The notes beneath the pieces were generated by a model. It saw only the letters and a list, made by a program, of their open reading frames with translations. It had not been told where the DNA came from and did no database searches. Positions 47,743 to 57,325 of a stretch of DNA of 64,000 nucleotides are shown in pieces. The position numbers and the translations under genes are program-made. Every line of letters starts with the position of its first letter. The first letter of the stretch is position 1. The stretch is from Bdellovibrionales bacterium. Lineage in GTDB: Bacteria; Bdellovibrionota; UBA1018; CAIMNF01. The stretch lies in assembly GCA_040380025.1 (NCBI GenBank), contig JBEIJY010000009.1:6341-70340 (forward strand), in the 5' to 3' direction.

Positions 47743-49107
47743 TTAATGCTTTTGCTTGGAATTTGCCACATCCCCCGTCTCGAAAGTCCGCGACATCCCC
47801 TCCCCGTCCTCAAACACCATCGGAATCGACCCCAGGTGCGAGTAATGCCGCACATGCAGGTGCGGTTCGCTCGCGAATCCGGTGAATCCCGAGAGCCCGA
47901 GCAAAGCTCCTGCAAGAACCCTCTCGCCGGTCCGGACCATGACACTCGATTGCTTCAGATGCACATACTCGGCAAAGGTTCCGTCCTCGTGCTCGATCAA
48001 CACCAGATTCGCTTGCGATGCGAACTCCTCGGAGGGCCCGCCCGAAGAATGATCCCGGACCACCCGAACCACGGTGCCATCCCGCATGGCGAGCACGGGG
48101 GTTCCCTCGGGCATGGCAAAATCAATGGCATGTTCCTGCTCATTACGATGCGAAAAATCGCCACCCGGCCCCTGAAGAACGGCAAAGGACACCGACTCCG
48201 GAAAGGGAAGCATGAGCGTGGCCGGAAGAAGCGCCGGTGCCGGATGACCGGTGACCTCGTTCAGAAGTGAAACGAAATTCTCACGGAACGGATATCGGCC
48301 CTTCGGATCAAACATCCAGAACGCCTGAATGTGTCCGCCTCCGGGCACAAGCCACCAGGACTTCTTCGGGGGCGCACGCTGATAAAGCGCGCGGCCCAAT
48401 GCCTCCGACACCACCGGATCATGGGTCCCGTGAATGATCAGGTACCTCGGACCGGGAGGAAGCGCGCCCTCGGCCGCTTTTGCGTCCGAGAGCACCAAAT
48501 CAGGAATCCACTGAAACGGCCAGGTCAGCCACGAACTCGCCAGAACCGAGCGCCCCGCCTCGCGGTACGAGGTGAAGCTCGACTCAAACGCCACCAGCTT
48601 GATCTTTGCGAGCTCACGCGGATCGCGAATCTCGGCGGTCTCTTCGAGAGCCCTTTGCAATACCGCTCCCCCCAACGACTGCCCGAAAAGAATCAGCGGT
48701 TTTTCTTGCTTCAGGGCCCAACGAATCATCCGGACTCCGTCTTCGACCGTGGTTTCGGGAGTGGGCGCGCCGGGAGTCTTTCCGTACCCTCGGTAATCGA
48801 AAATCACATACTCGAAGCCGTGCTCGGGAAGCCAAGAGAGCGCAGTGAAATGGGAAGTCAGGTTCTGGGCATTGCCATGAAAAAACAAAACAAGCCCTTT
48901 CGATTGCACAGATCCGGACCGGAAGCGCCATGCATGAAGCCCCTCGATCCAGAGATCATCCCAGCGGCGCTGATCGGCGAATCCGAAATCTCGCGGATGG
49001 GCATGCTCGCGATGATCCGGATGATACAAAAGCCCTGAGCAACCGGTACCCGTGCAAGAGAGAAATAAAAGCAAACTCAGAAAAAATAAGTGACGCCCGA
49101 TTGCCAT
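47743..49107 (-). CDS. Lipoprotein with an N-terminal alpha/beta-hydrolase domain fused to a C-terminal M23 (LytM) peptidase domain
   Basis: Lipobox 'LSCTGTGC', nucleophile elbow 'GQSLGG', and M23 motifs 'HAIDFAMPEGTPVLA' and 'HLHVRHY'. Confidence 0.7.
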   Translation of the reverse strand: MAIGRHLFFLSLLLFLSCTGTGCSGLLYHPDHREHAHPRDFGFADQRRWDDLWIEGLHAWRFRSGSVQSKGLVLFFHGNAQNLTSHFTALSWLPEHGFEYVIFDYRGYGKTPGAPTPETTVEDGVRMIRWALKQEKPLILFGQSLGGAVLQRALEETAEIRDPRELAKIKLVAFESSFTSYREAGRSVLASSWLTWPFQWIPDLVLSDAKAAEGALPPGPRYLIIHGTHDPVVSEALGRALYQRAPPKKSWWLVPGGGHIQAFWMFDPKGRYPFRENFVSLLNEVTGHPAPALLPATLMLPFPESVSFAVLQGPGGDFSHRNEQEHAIDFAMPEGTPVLAMRDGTVVRVVRDHSSGGPSEEFASQANLVLIEHEDGTFAEYVHLKQSSVMVRTGERVLAGALLGLSGFTGFASEPHLHVRHYSHLGSIPMVFEDGEGMSRTFETGDVANSKQKH

Positions 49108-50903
49108 GTCTTGGCTCCCGTTTGATCCACAAATCCGGCTCCCCACCCGAGGTTCTGCGTGATGTGCCAGCGGCCCTCGAGAGAAATCTCCGAGCCGAGC
49201 CCCGCTCTCGAAATCGTCTTCAGCACCGATCCCAAAAACGCGAATGACTCTCCGATGCGGGAATGGATTCCAAGCTCCAATGTGCCGTGAGGACGAAGTG
49301 CGAACCAGCGGGGAGAAAGCAACCTGCCCCCGCCCAGCAAAAACAGACGCGCTCCCGGCACCGGGACCGTCGCTCCGCCTGCGACGTCGAGTCTTGTTCC
49401 CGAATCCGCCTCGTACACCACACCCACCTTCCAGCTCGGGTCGTACTTCACGCGGGTCCAGGACGAAAGCGACTGGACCTGAAACAAGCCGAGTCTTTGA
49501 AGCCGCAACCGATCGGAGGCGCGAACCGAGACATTCACAAACTCGATCTGCGCGGATTCGGGGTACCCGGCTGCTGGGTCAAGCAAGTCCTGCAAGGCCG
49601 GCCGGAACGAGAGCTGGGTGAACAGTCGCTCGGGATCATGGCCGACCCCGAGCTGAACCCGCCTCGGGCGATGTCCCTGGGAGGGATCCGGTTCCGTCCG
49701 CGCAACTTGCTCTTTTTGATCATCCTGAACCACACCGGTCAGGGCACGCGCACGAAGGGTCTGCTGTTTCAGCGCCTGTGGTGCATCTGCGTTTTGGATG
49801 AGGTCCTTGAAGTGGGCGAAGTCGATCCAATCCATGCGCGCATCGAGAACGGGAGCGCCCATCTCAGGCGTGCTTTCGGTGGTGTTCCAGGATTCCGCCA
49901 TCGTCCGATCCGGGGGCGAAAGAAGAGAGAGCCTCGCCTCCAGTTTTTTTCGCTGGGACGGTCGATACTCGACGCCCGAAACAAGATTCGGTTCCTGCAT
50001 CAGGGACTGCAAGGTATGGGAGGGAATCACGAACCAAGGCATGCGATCGAGGAGTCCGATACGCCCGCGGGAGGAATCGAGAATCGCTTCGAGTGCGGCA
50101 AGGATCTCGTAAGAACAGTTCCGGGAAAAATAATAATACCGAAGCTCCGCACGATCGAGTTCCCAAAGATGGGCCACGAGCAACTCGAGCTCCGATGGAC
50201 TCAATGCGAGCGGATAGGACCAAAGGTCCCGATTCTCGGCATCCGCGTATTCCCGAATTTTGTAGTAGTAGGGCATCGCCGTATATTCACCGCGAAACAG
50301 CCCGAGCATTCCGTAAAAGGCATACGAAACCGGATTGGAGGTGGTCACCGTTGCGGCGTACCCGATCCCGGTGTCCAAAAGCTCGGTGGGCGTCCCCGAT
50401 TCCCGTGCGGACCGGGCACGATGGATTCGAAGAAACGAGTGCCCGAAAGCCGAGGCCGGATTATTGAGGTAATACCCCGAGAACACCACCGAGGCCCCCG
50501 TGGCCGAGAGGCGATCGCGAAACGCAGTCCATTCCTCGCATGGTTTTTTTGGGAGAACCGCAAGATGCAGCCGACTCAAAAGAAGAGCACGGGCCGGAAA
50601 CTTGCAGTGAAAATCCGAATCGGGACGCGACAGCTCTTCAACCGAGGCCGAGAGCTCCGCATCCGGATCGGAATCGCCCCCGTGAGTGAGAAAGAACGCA
50701 GGAGCGGATTCGTTGCTCCAGTTCCCGAAAAAATCCTTTCGATAATGAAGGAGCCTGACCCAGGCATCCGGAATCGCAGAGGCACCTGGAACCGCAGAGA
50801 CCTCTGCGAGCGAAATCGACGGAAAAACCGTAATCAGAAAAAAAAACAACCGGACCGGGCCGAAAGCCCGATCCGGTCGCACTCCCCGAAGGGATGACAT
50901 CAT
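49077..50903 (-). CDS. DUF4105 domain lipoprotein-like secreted protein
   Basis: Signal 'MMSSLRGVRPDRAFGPVRLFFFLITVF' and 'VVFSGYYLNNPASAFGHSFLRI'. Start trimmed from 51269 to 50903; ATGA overlap with the DUF3015 stop. Confidence 0.65.
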   Translation of the reverse strand: MMSSLRGVRPDRAFGPVRLFFFLITVFPSISLAEVSAVPGASAIPDAWVRLLHYRKDFFGNWSNESAPAFFLTHGGDSDPDAELSASVEELSRPDSDFHCKFPARALLLSRLHLAVLPKKPCEEWTAFRDRLSATGASVVFSGYYLNNPASAFGHSFLRIHRARSARESGTPTELLDTGIGYAATVTTSNPVSYAFYGMLGLFRGEYTAMPYYYKIREYADAENRDLWSYPLALSPSELELLVAHLWELDRAELRYYYFSRNCSYEILAALEAILDSSRGRIGLLDRMPWFVIPSHTLQSLMQEPNLVSGVEYRPSQRKKLEARLSLLSPPDRTMAESWNTTESTPEMGAPVLDARMDWIDFAHFKDLIQNADAPQALKQQTLRARALTGVVQDDQKEQVARTEPDPSQGHRPRRVQLGVGHDPERLFTQLSFRPALQDLLDPAAGYPESAQIEFVNVSVRASDRLRLQRLGLFQVQSLSSWTRVKYDPSWKVGVVYEADSGTRLDVAGGATVPVPGARLFLLGGGRLLSPRWFALRPHGTLELGIHSRIGESFAFLGSVLKTISRAGLGSEISLEGRWHITQNLGWGAGFVDQTGAKTWQSGVTYFF

Positions 50904-51349
50904 GAACAGTTGCCCTTGATCATCGGAGTGATCGTCGACTCGATTTGGGCCGCTGAAACCTGATTGCCCGGGAAGATCTGTTTGAAATTCTTTTGAAGAG
51001 CAGGACCGACCTTTGCATTGTTCGCGCAACCGATCAGCTGGGTCAGACCATTCAGAGTCTCGCCGTTTCCGCGGGCGACATCGTTGGCAAGGGCTTCCCG
51101 GTTGGCTTCGATGTAAGCCTTCACTGTCGGAGCCGCACCACCGCCTCCGCAATTCGAGGTACCGAAGGTGATCCCGAAAGTCTGACTTGCAAATGTCCCG
51201 TTGGTGGTTGCGGCCAAGATCTGGATCGGACCACGCTTCGAACCAAAGACCACGGATCCGAGACCGCATCCTGCGTCACCGTATCCGGCGGCTTGGGTTT
51301 GACTTGCCATTGCTGCGACTGCGACCAGAGCCAATACAATACGTTTCAT
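50900..51349 (-). CDS. DUF3015 family small secreted protein
   Basis: Strong SD (AAGGAGAG). Signal peptide 'MKRIVLALVAVAAMASQTQA' and 'GCGLGS'. Confidence 0.7.
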   Translation of the reverse strand: MKRIVLALVAVAAMASQTQAAGYGDAGCGLGSVVFGSKRGPIQILAATTNGTFASQTFGITFGTSNCGGGGAAPTVKAYIEANREALANDVARGNGETLNGLTQLIGCANNAKVGPALQKNFKQIFPGNQVSAAQIESTITPMIKGNCS

Positions 51350-51447
51350 AATTCTCTCCTTATTCAGTTTGAGGTTAAACTACATCGAAGAGAGTAGATT
51401 CGGGTCACGGACGAAGCAAGCGACATTCCGACCCTGAACCCGAAAAA

Positions 51448-52071
51448 TCACCGCTGACCTGTGATCTTGATCGGGATCAAAAGATCCGGGAGGGATTCCC
51501 GTTCCTGCATCCGACGAAAGACCGCATCGGGCAGACCATTGTTCCCTACCCCGGCATCTTGCTTCCAACGCTGATACGCCTCCCGAACCCAGGCCGGATA
51601 TGCGGGTTTTCCAGGAATCAAAAAAATTCCCGCTTCGAGGCGGATCATCTGTGTTTCGGGAGAAACCGTAAAATCGATCGAGTTCATTTCCGGGTTCGCA
51701 TCGAGCCCCACCTGATGAGGCTCAAACCCCGGCTTGGTCAGAAACACGCCGGTGAGGTCAATGTAATATTCCTTCTTCAGCCCGGGCTCGTTCACGACGT
51801 AAGGCAACACACCCGCCCGAAGTGCGCTCTGTTCAAGAATCGCCGAATGGACATCGGGATTCGAGACATAATACCGGAACACCTCGTCCCGACCGGGCTG
51901 ATAACGAATGGCGGATCGGGGGAACCCTCGAACCTCGATCACATCCCCCCGTGAGGCACTCGAATACAAAAGCCGCCATTCCAACGGACCGGAAAGCAAA
52001 CCGGAGCAATCCTCCTGTGCGCGAACCGAATTGCTGAAGAAAACCAATGAAAGTGCGATCGCAATCCGCAT
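51448..52071 (-). CDS. Secreted hypothetical protein
   Basis: Signal peptide 'MRIAIALSLVFFSNSVRA'. Follows the amine oxidase on the same strand. Confidence 0.5.
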   Translation of the reverse strand: MRIAIALSLVFFSNSVRAQEDCSGLLSGPLEWRLLYSSASRGDVIEVRGFPRSAIRYQPGRDEVFRYYVSNPDVHSAILEQSALRAGVLPYVVNEPGLKKEYYIDLTGVFLTKPGFEPHQVGLDANPEMNSIDFTVSPETQMIRLEAGIFLIPGKPAYPAWVREAYQRWKQDAGVGNNGLPDAVFRRMQERESLPDLLIPIKITGQR

Positions 52072-52086
52072 TCCCCCGAATCTCCC

Positions 52087-53565
52087 TTATTTCGACGCCG
52101 AAGCACTCATGCGCGAAGAGATCTGCTTCACCACCCGGATCGCCGAGACGGCGGCATCGTCCGAATGGGTACCCTCGGTGAAGTCCCCGGCAAAGTACAC
52201 GCGTCCCTCGGGGGTACGCATGAGCTCAGACAGGCTGTCGAAGCGGCTTCGCCCCACTGGCCACCCTGCGATGGCGCGTGGATGATAGCGGTAAAACGTC
52301 ATGCGCCGGATGTGCTTGCCGAAGCCGGGCCAGATCTTCTCGAACCCGCCGCGGATCATGCCGCTTACGGTATCGAACGAAATGCTGCGGGAATTGTAGA
52401 CCTCGGCATGATCTCCGGTGACCAAGAGATTCAGGAGCAAATCGCCTGATTTCTCGGGAACAGAGCCCTCGTAGATCACGCCCACCGGGGATCCGCTCAG
52501 AATCGGAAGCACACTCTCGTTGTTGACCTTCCAGAAGCGCTCCGCTTCGCGGTCGATCACGACATGCGCGGTGAAATACGCGCCCCAGCTTTGGGTTTGA
52601 ATCGCCTCTTGCCTTTTTGCGGGAAGTTCCGGGGTGAAATGCACCTCGTTCAGACGAAACAGCGGAATCGTACTGACCACATGATCGGCCAGAAAAACTT
52701 TTTGCTCGAAGGTCGAGGTATCGGTCGCGATCACCTCGACCGAGTCATCTTTTTGATTGATATTCGTGACCTGGGTATTCAAAAGAAATCGTTCTTTGCC
52801 GAGCTTCGCAGCCACCGCCTCGGCAAAGCTTTGGTTCCCCGCCTTGATGTGAAACGAGCCGCGGCCCTCTCCCGAACAGAACTGCCACTCGGCAATTCCA
52901 TCGAGAGCGCTCAATCGGGACCAGGGGGTTCCGTACTCGGGCTCGGACTGCATCCGGATGAACTCGAGCGTTTTTTTCGAGAGACCGAACTTCTTCTGCG
53001 ACGCCCATTTCTCGAACGAAATATCCTTCAGCTTCAACAAAGCGGCATCAAGGCCCTTCGAGCGAATTTGCCGATACAGGGCCGAGACTTCACGATCCCA
53101 TTCCTGATATTTCTTGTACTCGGCCTCACTCAAAAACGATTTCAGGAACTCCGGATTGGTGTTTTGGAGGAACGGAATGATTTTTCCCTCATGAAGAAAA
53201 CTCGAAAATGAGGTGGCAGAAGCCTCGATCGGAAGCTTGAGTTCCCGGATGATCTCGAGGGCGGGATTCCCTTCCCAGAATTCCTCGAGCCCCACTTCGG
53301 CCGAACCCCCGCCCGGATAACTTGCGGTGCGGACTCTGCCTCCGAGCCTCGGAGCAAGCTCCACGAGCTGAAACCCGATTCCGGCTTTTTCAAGATGCCA
53401 AGCGGTGGAGAGTCCTGCAATCCCCCCGCCGATGATCAGCACCGGGACTTTCTTCGGGGCTTTTGCAGAAGTGACAGATCCCGCGGCGGATGCGGTACCG
53501 TACGAAAAACAAAACAGAATCGGAAGCACAAGAAATCGAACAACAAAGGAGAGACCGGATTTCAT
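52087..53565 (-). CDS. Flavin-containing amine oxidase (secreted)
   Basis: Signal peptide, 'VLIIGGGIAGLSTA' and C-terminal 'VYFAGDFT'. Confidence 0.8.
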   Translation of the reverse strand: MKSGLSFVVRFLVLPILFCFSYGTASAAGSVTSAKAPKKVPVLIIGGGIAGLSTAWHLEKAGIGFQLVELAPRLGGRVRTASYPGGGSAEVGLEEFWEGNPALEIIRELKLPIEASATSFSSFLHEGKIIPFLQNTNPEFLKSFLSEAEYKKYQEWDREVSALYRQIRSKGLDAALLKLKDISFEKWASQKKFGLSKKTLEFIRMQSEPEYGTPWSRLSALDGIAEWQFCSGEGRGSFHIKAGNQSFAEAVAAKLGKERFLLNTQVTNINQKDDSVEVIATDTSTFEQKVFLADHVVSTIPLFRLNEVHFTPELPAKRQEAIQTQSWGAYFTAHVVIDREAERFWKVNNESVLPILSGSPVGVIYEGSVPEKSGDLLLNLLVTGDHAEVYNSRSISFDTVSGMIRGGFEKIWPGFGKHIRRMTFYRYHPRAIAGWPVGRSRFDSLSELMRTPEGRVYFAGDFTEGTHSDDAAVSAIRVVKQISSRMSASASK

Positions 53566-53574
53566 GCGGGGACG

Positions 53575-54468
53575 CTAACAGCGCTTCACCAAGCGGTCAA
53601 TGAGGCGGGACACCTCTTCGTTCGGACCCAAGCTCTGCCGGGTGATGGCATAGAACCGCTGTTGAATCCGGTCGAGCCGGGCGATCACCTTGAGGTCGCC
53701 GCTGGTGATCTCGCGCAAAGCCCCGAGTTCTGGAAGCGCAACCACCGCCCCCGAGCGCAAGGCAAGGACCCGAAGAAGGGCGATGTCGTCGATTTCTCCG
53801 GCGATCCGAAACGGAACCGAAAGATCCTCGAGGAACGCATGGAGTTCGGGTTTGGCCTCGAACCCCCGTCCCGGGATGAAGAGGGATTTTCCTTTCAGGA
53901 TCTTTTCGAGGGTGGGCCGTGCCGAGCGCACTTGGCTTTTTTCGACCACAAACACGAGTGGCGATGAGGCCAGCACCCAAGAACGGAATCCCCGCCCCAC
54001 CTCGGCTCCCACCCCATGCGAACCGAGCACGACATCGAGCTCGTACTCCGCCAGCATCGACAGGAGGTTCCGCGCATCGCCCGCGATCACCTCGAAGCGC
54101 ACTCCCGGGTTCGAGATCAGGGGCGCCATGAATTGGCACTGGAGGTTTCGCGAGAGTCCGGAGAGCGCACCGATCCGAATCACCCGGAGCTTCGGAAGCG
54201 CACCCTTCGTGGCCCAGTGGAGCAATTCCCGGCTTGTCTCGAAGATCGAATCAGCATACTCGAGCACCTTCCGGCCCTCGGGCGTGATCTCGGGCCTTCT
54301 CGGGTTCGACCGGTCGACAAGCGGCAGCGAGAGCGACTCCTCGAGCTGACGGATCTGCGTGGTCACCGCCGACTGGGCGATGCCGAGCTCGCGCGCGGTT
54401 TTGGTGAAGCTCCCGTTCCGGCCGAAAACCCAATACAAATACAAATGATGATGATTCAGCCTTTGCAT
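53575..54468 (-). CDS. LysR-family transcriptional regulator (NhaR-like)
   Basis: 'LNHHHLYLYWVFGRNGSFTKTARELGIAQSAVTTQIRQLE'. Confidence 0.85.
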   Translation of the reverse strand: MQRLNHHHLYLYWVFGRNGSFTKTARELGIAQSAVTTQIRQLEESLSLPLVDRSNPRRPEITPEGRKVLEYADSIFETSRELLHWATKGALPKLRVIRIGALSGLSRNLQCQFMAPLISNPGVRFEVIAGDARNLLSMLAEYELDVVLGSHGVGAEVGRGFRSWVLASSPLVFVVEKSQVRSARPTLEKILKGKSLFIPGRGFEAKPELHAFLEDLSVPFRIAGEIDDIALLRVLALRSGAVVALPELGALREITSGDLKVIARLDRIQQRFYAITRQSLGPNEEVSRLIDRLVKRC

Positions 54469-54569
54469 GAATCCTGATTATCTTTTTTATCGATGTTCTT
54501 GAACTAAATTATCTATTTTATTTGTATCCCCGCATGAATCATCCTGATTGAAGAGGAGAAACCACCAAC

Positions 54570-56018
54570 ATGACCACCCCCAGAATCACAGTTGCCCACG
54601 GAGACGGAATCGGACCCGAGATCATGGCCGCGACTCTCGACATTCTTGCCGCCGCCGGCGCGAACCTGGCCTATGACACGATCGAGATCGGAGAGAAAGT
54701 CTATCAGCGGGGCCTGAACGCGGGAATCGAGGACAAAGCCTGGGAGAAACTGGTCGAGAACCGGATCTTCCTGAAAGCACCGATCACCACCCCCCAAGGG
54801 GGCGGCTTCAAGAGCCTGAATGTGACCGTGCGAAAAAGCCTGGGACTCTATGCGAACGTGCGCCCCTGCCGCTCCTTCTCGCCCTTCATTCGCACCAAGC
54901 ACCCGGGCATGGATGTGGTGATCATCCGCGAGAACGAAGAAGACCTGTACGCCGGAATCGAACACCGCCAGACCGATGAGGTATACCAGTGCCTGAAGGT
55001 GATCTCCCGCCCCGGATGCGAGAAGATCGTGCGCTATGCCTTTGAATACGCCAAACGCTCGGGACGCAAAAAAGTCACCTGCTTCACCAAAGACAACATC
55101 ATGAAGATGACCGACGGGCTTTTTCATAAAGTGTTCGATGAAATCGGCGCGGAATACCCCGCGCTCGAAAAAGAGCACTGGATTGTCGACATCGGTGCCG
55201 CGAAACTTGCCGACACCCCCGAGGTGTTCGACGTGATCGTCATGCCGAACCTGTATGGCGATATTCTGAGCGATGTGGCGGCCCAGATCGCGGGCTCGGT
55301 CGGACTGGCCGGCTCCTCGAACATCGGCGAGCATTGCTCGATGTTCGAAGCGATTCACGGCTCGGCACCCCGACGCGCAGGACAAGACCTCGCGAACCCG
55401 AGCGGACTCCTGCTCGGAGCAGTCCAGATGCTGGTGCACATGGGGCAGGGAAAAGCCGCCGAGAAGATCCATAATGCTTGGCTGAAGACCATCGAGGACG
55501 GCGTTCACACCTATGATATTTTTCAGGAAGGTCTGAGCAAAAAGAAAGCCGGAACCAAGGAATTCGCAAAGGCAATCGTGGAGCGTCTGGGCGAGGAGCC
55601 CGCGAAACTGACTCGCGCCTCGTACCCCGCGACCGAGCCTCTTCGTTTGGTGTACAAGCCCGGCTCCACTGCGCCCGCAAAAAAACAGCTGGCAGGCGTG
55701 GATGTCTTCGTTCATGAACGGAACAGGAACCCGGCGGCGCTTGCGGAACGAGTGAATCAAGCGATCGGAGCAAGCCCGCTTGAGCTGCAAATGATCACGA
55801 ACCGCGGAGTGAAGGTGTTCCCGCAGGGGCTGAAGGAAACCTTCTGTACCGATCACTGGCGGTGCCGGTTCACGGCAAAGAACGGGGCGGTCGTCACCCC
55901 GGACCTGATCTGGAAGCTCATGCGCGACCTCGAAGCAGGCAAGATCGACACCATCAAAACCGAGAACCTCTACCTGTTTGACGGAGAAAAAGGATTCTCG
56001 CTTGGGCAAGGGCAGTAA
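54570..56018 (+). CDS. icd: NADP-dependent isocitrate dehydrogenase (about 480-aa form with a C-terminal extension)
   Basis: 'RITVAHGDGIGPEIM', 'NLYGDILSD' and 'GSAPRRAG'. AT-rich promoter and a GAGGAG SD upstream. Confidence 0.88.
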   Translation: MTTPRITVAHGDGIGPEIMAATLDILAAAGANLAYDTIEIGEKVYQRGLNAGIEDKAWEKLVENRIFLKAPITTPQGGGFKSLNVTVRKSLGLYANVRPCRSFSPFIRTKHPGMDVVIIRENEEDLYAGIEHRQTDEVYQCLKVISRPGCEKIVRYAFEYAKRSGRKKVTCFTKDNIMKMTDGLFHKVFDEIGAEYPALEKEHWIVDIGAAKLADTPEVFDVIVMPNLYGDILSDVAAQIAGSVGLAGSSNIGEHCSMFEAIHGSAPRRAGQDLANPSGLLLGAVQMLVHMGQGKAAEKIHNAWLKTIEDGVHTYDIFQEGLSKKKAGTKEFAKAIVERLGEEPAKLTRASYPATEPLRLVYKPGSTAPAKKQLAGVDVFVHERNRNPAALAERVNQAIGASPLELQMITNRGVKVFPQGLKETFCTDHWRCRFTAKNGAVVTPDLIWKLMRDLEAGKIDTIKTENLYLFDGEKGFSLGQGQ

Positions 56019-56862
56019 GCGTCATCCTTACGCAGGTCACACGGTCTTTCTCGGAACCCTCCACGAGAAAGACCGTGCGATCCGTCCCGCGCTCGATTTG
56101 CTGGAGCTAAGGTGCGAACCGGTCGCGATCGACTCCGACCGGTTCGGCTCGTTTTGCGGCTCGATTGCGCGCACAGGTACCGTGCTCGAAACCCTGCGAA
56201 AAAAGGTCGACGCCGTGGCGGTGCTCCTTCCCGAAGCGCGGTTTGTGATGGCAAGCGAGGGGAGCTTCGGACCGCATCCGGCCTTTGGGATCATCGCTTG
56301 CGATCATGAGGCGCTGTTGCTCGTGGATCGATTGCAACACCGGGAATTTTACGCCGAAACGGTGTCTCTGCGGGTGAAGAACCGCGAAATCGAATTTGGA
56401 CCGCACGACGATCTTGATCGAGCACTTGCAGAACTGGGCGCGCCAGAGCATGCGGTACTCGTGCGCCCGAAGGGGGCATCAGAGCCCATCGCAAAAGGTC
56501 TTCGCAAGCGCACCGAGATCGCGCGGACCATGGTCGAGTGCTTTGCCCGAAGTCCTGAGGCGAGGGTGCTCATTTCGAACGATCTGCGGGCCCATCAAAA
56601 CCCGACCCGCATGCGGGCAATCGCTGAAGCGGCCGGGAATCTGGTCGAGAAGCTTTCTTCTTTTTGCCCGAAATGCACAGCACCCGGGTTCTGGTCGATC
56701 CGACGAAGAACCGGGCTTCGGTGCCGGGCCTGCGGGAGCAAAACGCATAAAACCATCGGCCATGAGTGGCTGTGCGGGGCGTGCGGCCATGAGGAATTCC
56801 GCGAGAACGGCAATGCCTCGCTCGGGGCGGAGCCCGGGGATTGCCCGGAGTGCAATCCGTGA
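55978..56862 (+). CDS. Hypothetical protein with a C-terminal multi-Cys zinc-ribbon
   Basis: 'CPKCTAPGF...CRACG...CGACGHEEF...CPEC'. The start overlaps the icd 3' end, so the true start is probably internal. Confidence 0.45.
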   Translation: MTEKKDSRLGKGSKRHPYAGHTVFLGTLHEKDRAIRPALDLLELRCEPVAIDSDRFGSFCGSIARTGTVLETLRKKVDAVAVLLPEARFVMASEGSFGPHPAFGIIACDHEALLLVDRLQHREFYAETVSLRVKNREIEFGPHDDLDRALAELGAPEHAVLVRPKGASEPIAKGLRKRTEIARTMVECFARSPEARVLISNDLRAHQNPTRMRAIAEAAGNLVEKLSSFCPKCTAPGFWSIRRRTGLRCRACGSKTHKTIGHEWLCGACGHEEFRENGNASLGAEPGDCPECNP

Positions 56863-56863
56863 C

Positions 56864-57250
56864 TCAGTCGCGACAAACCGGCAGAGCCCGATCGAGCTTT
56901 TGATAGGCCTTCGAGAAGGCCTTCGCAAAATCCCGAACCGAACACAGCTGAGTCAGGCAGATCACCGTGCTTTCGCCCCGGTACTCACCGAGCTCGAGCA
57001 CCGCGCGGGCCCAGTGAAACCGCGCACGAGACACATCCTCGCCGATGATCCGAAGCTCGGCGTCGGCCTCATTCGGGCTCGGGACCTCGACATACCCGTG
57101 CGACTCAAGGAGCTTCGAAAAATCAAAGCCGATGGGATGTCCCTCATAGAGGAATTCCCGTTCGGACACAAACACGCGGCAAGCGGCCTGGGAATCAAGG
57201 GCGGGAAGGAGCGCAAGAACGACCAGGAGGCAACGAAGGATCCAGTTCAT
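56864..57250 (-). CDS. Small secreted hypothetical protein
   Basis: Start placed at 'MNWILRCLLVVLALLPALDSQAAC' (signal peptide). Confidence 0.4.
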   Translation of the reverse strand: MNWILRCLLVVLALLPALDSQAACRVFVSEREFLYEGHPIGFDFSKLLESHGYVEVPSPNEADAELRIIGEDVSRARFHWARAVLELGEYRGESTVICLTQLCSVRDFAKAFSKAYQKLDRALPVCRD

Positions 57251-57325
57251 GGCGCGAGGGTAAACCAAAGCGGTGGAATTGCAAAGACCACAAACTGCAC
57301 CCTTTGGTTGTGCTTGGGTTGTCAC

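Noticed and set aside
49077-51269. 730-aa ORF (DUF4105 protein with a 122-aa N-terminal extension).
   Set aside because: The extension overlaps a well-supported DUF3015 gene in another frame (strong SD, signal peptide). The DUF4105 signal peptide begins at the internal ATG 50903, which overlaps the DUF3015 stop (ATGA).
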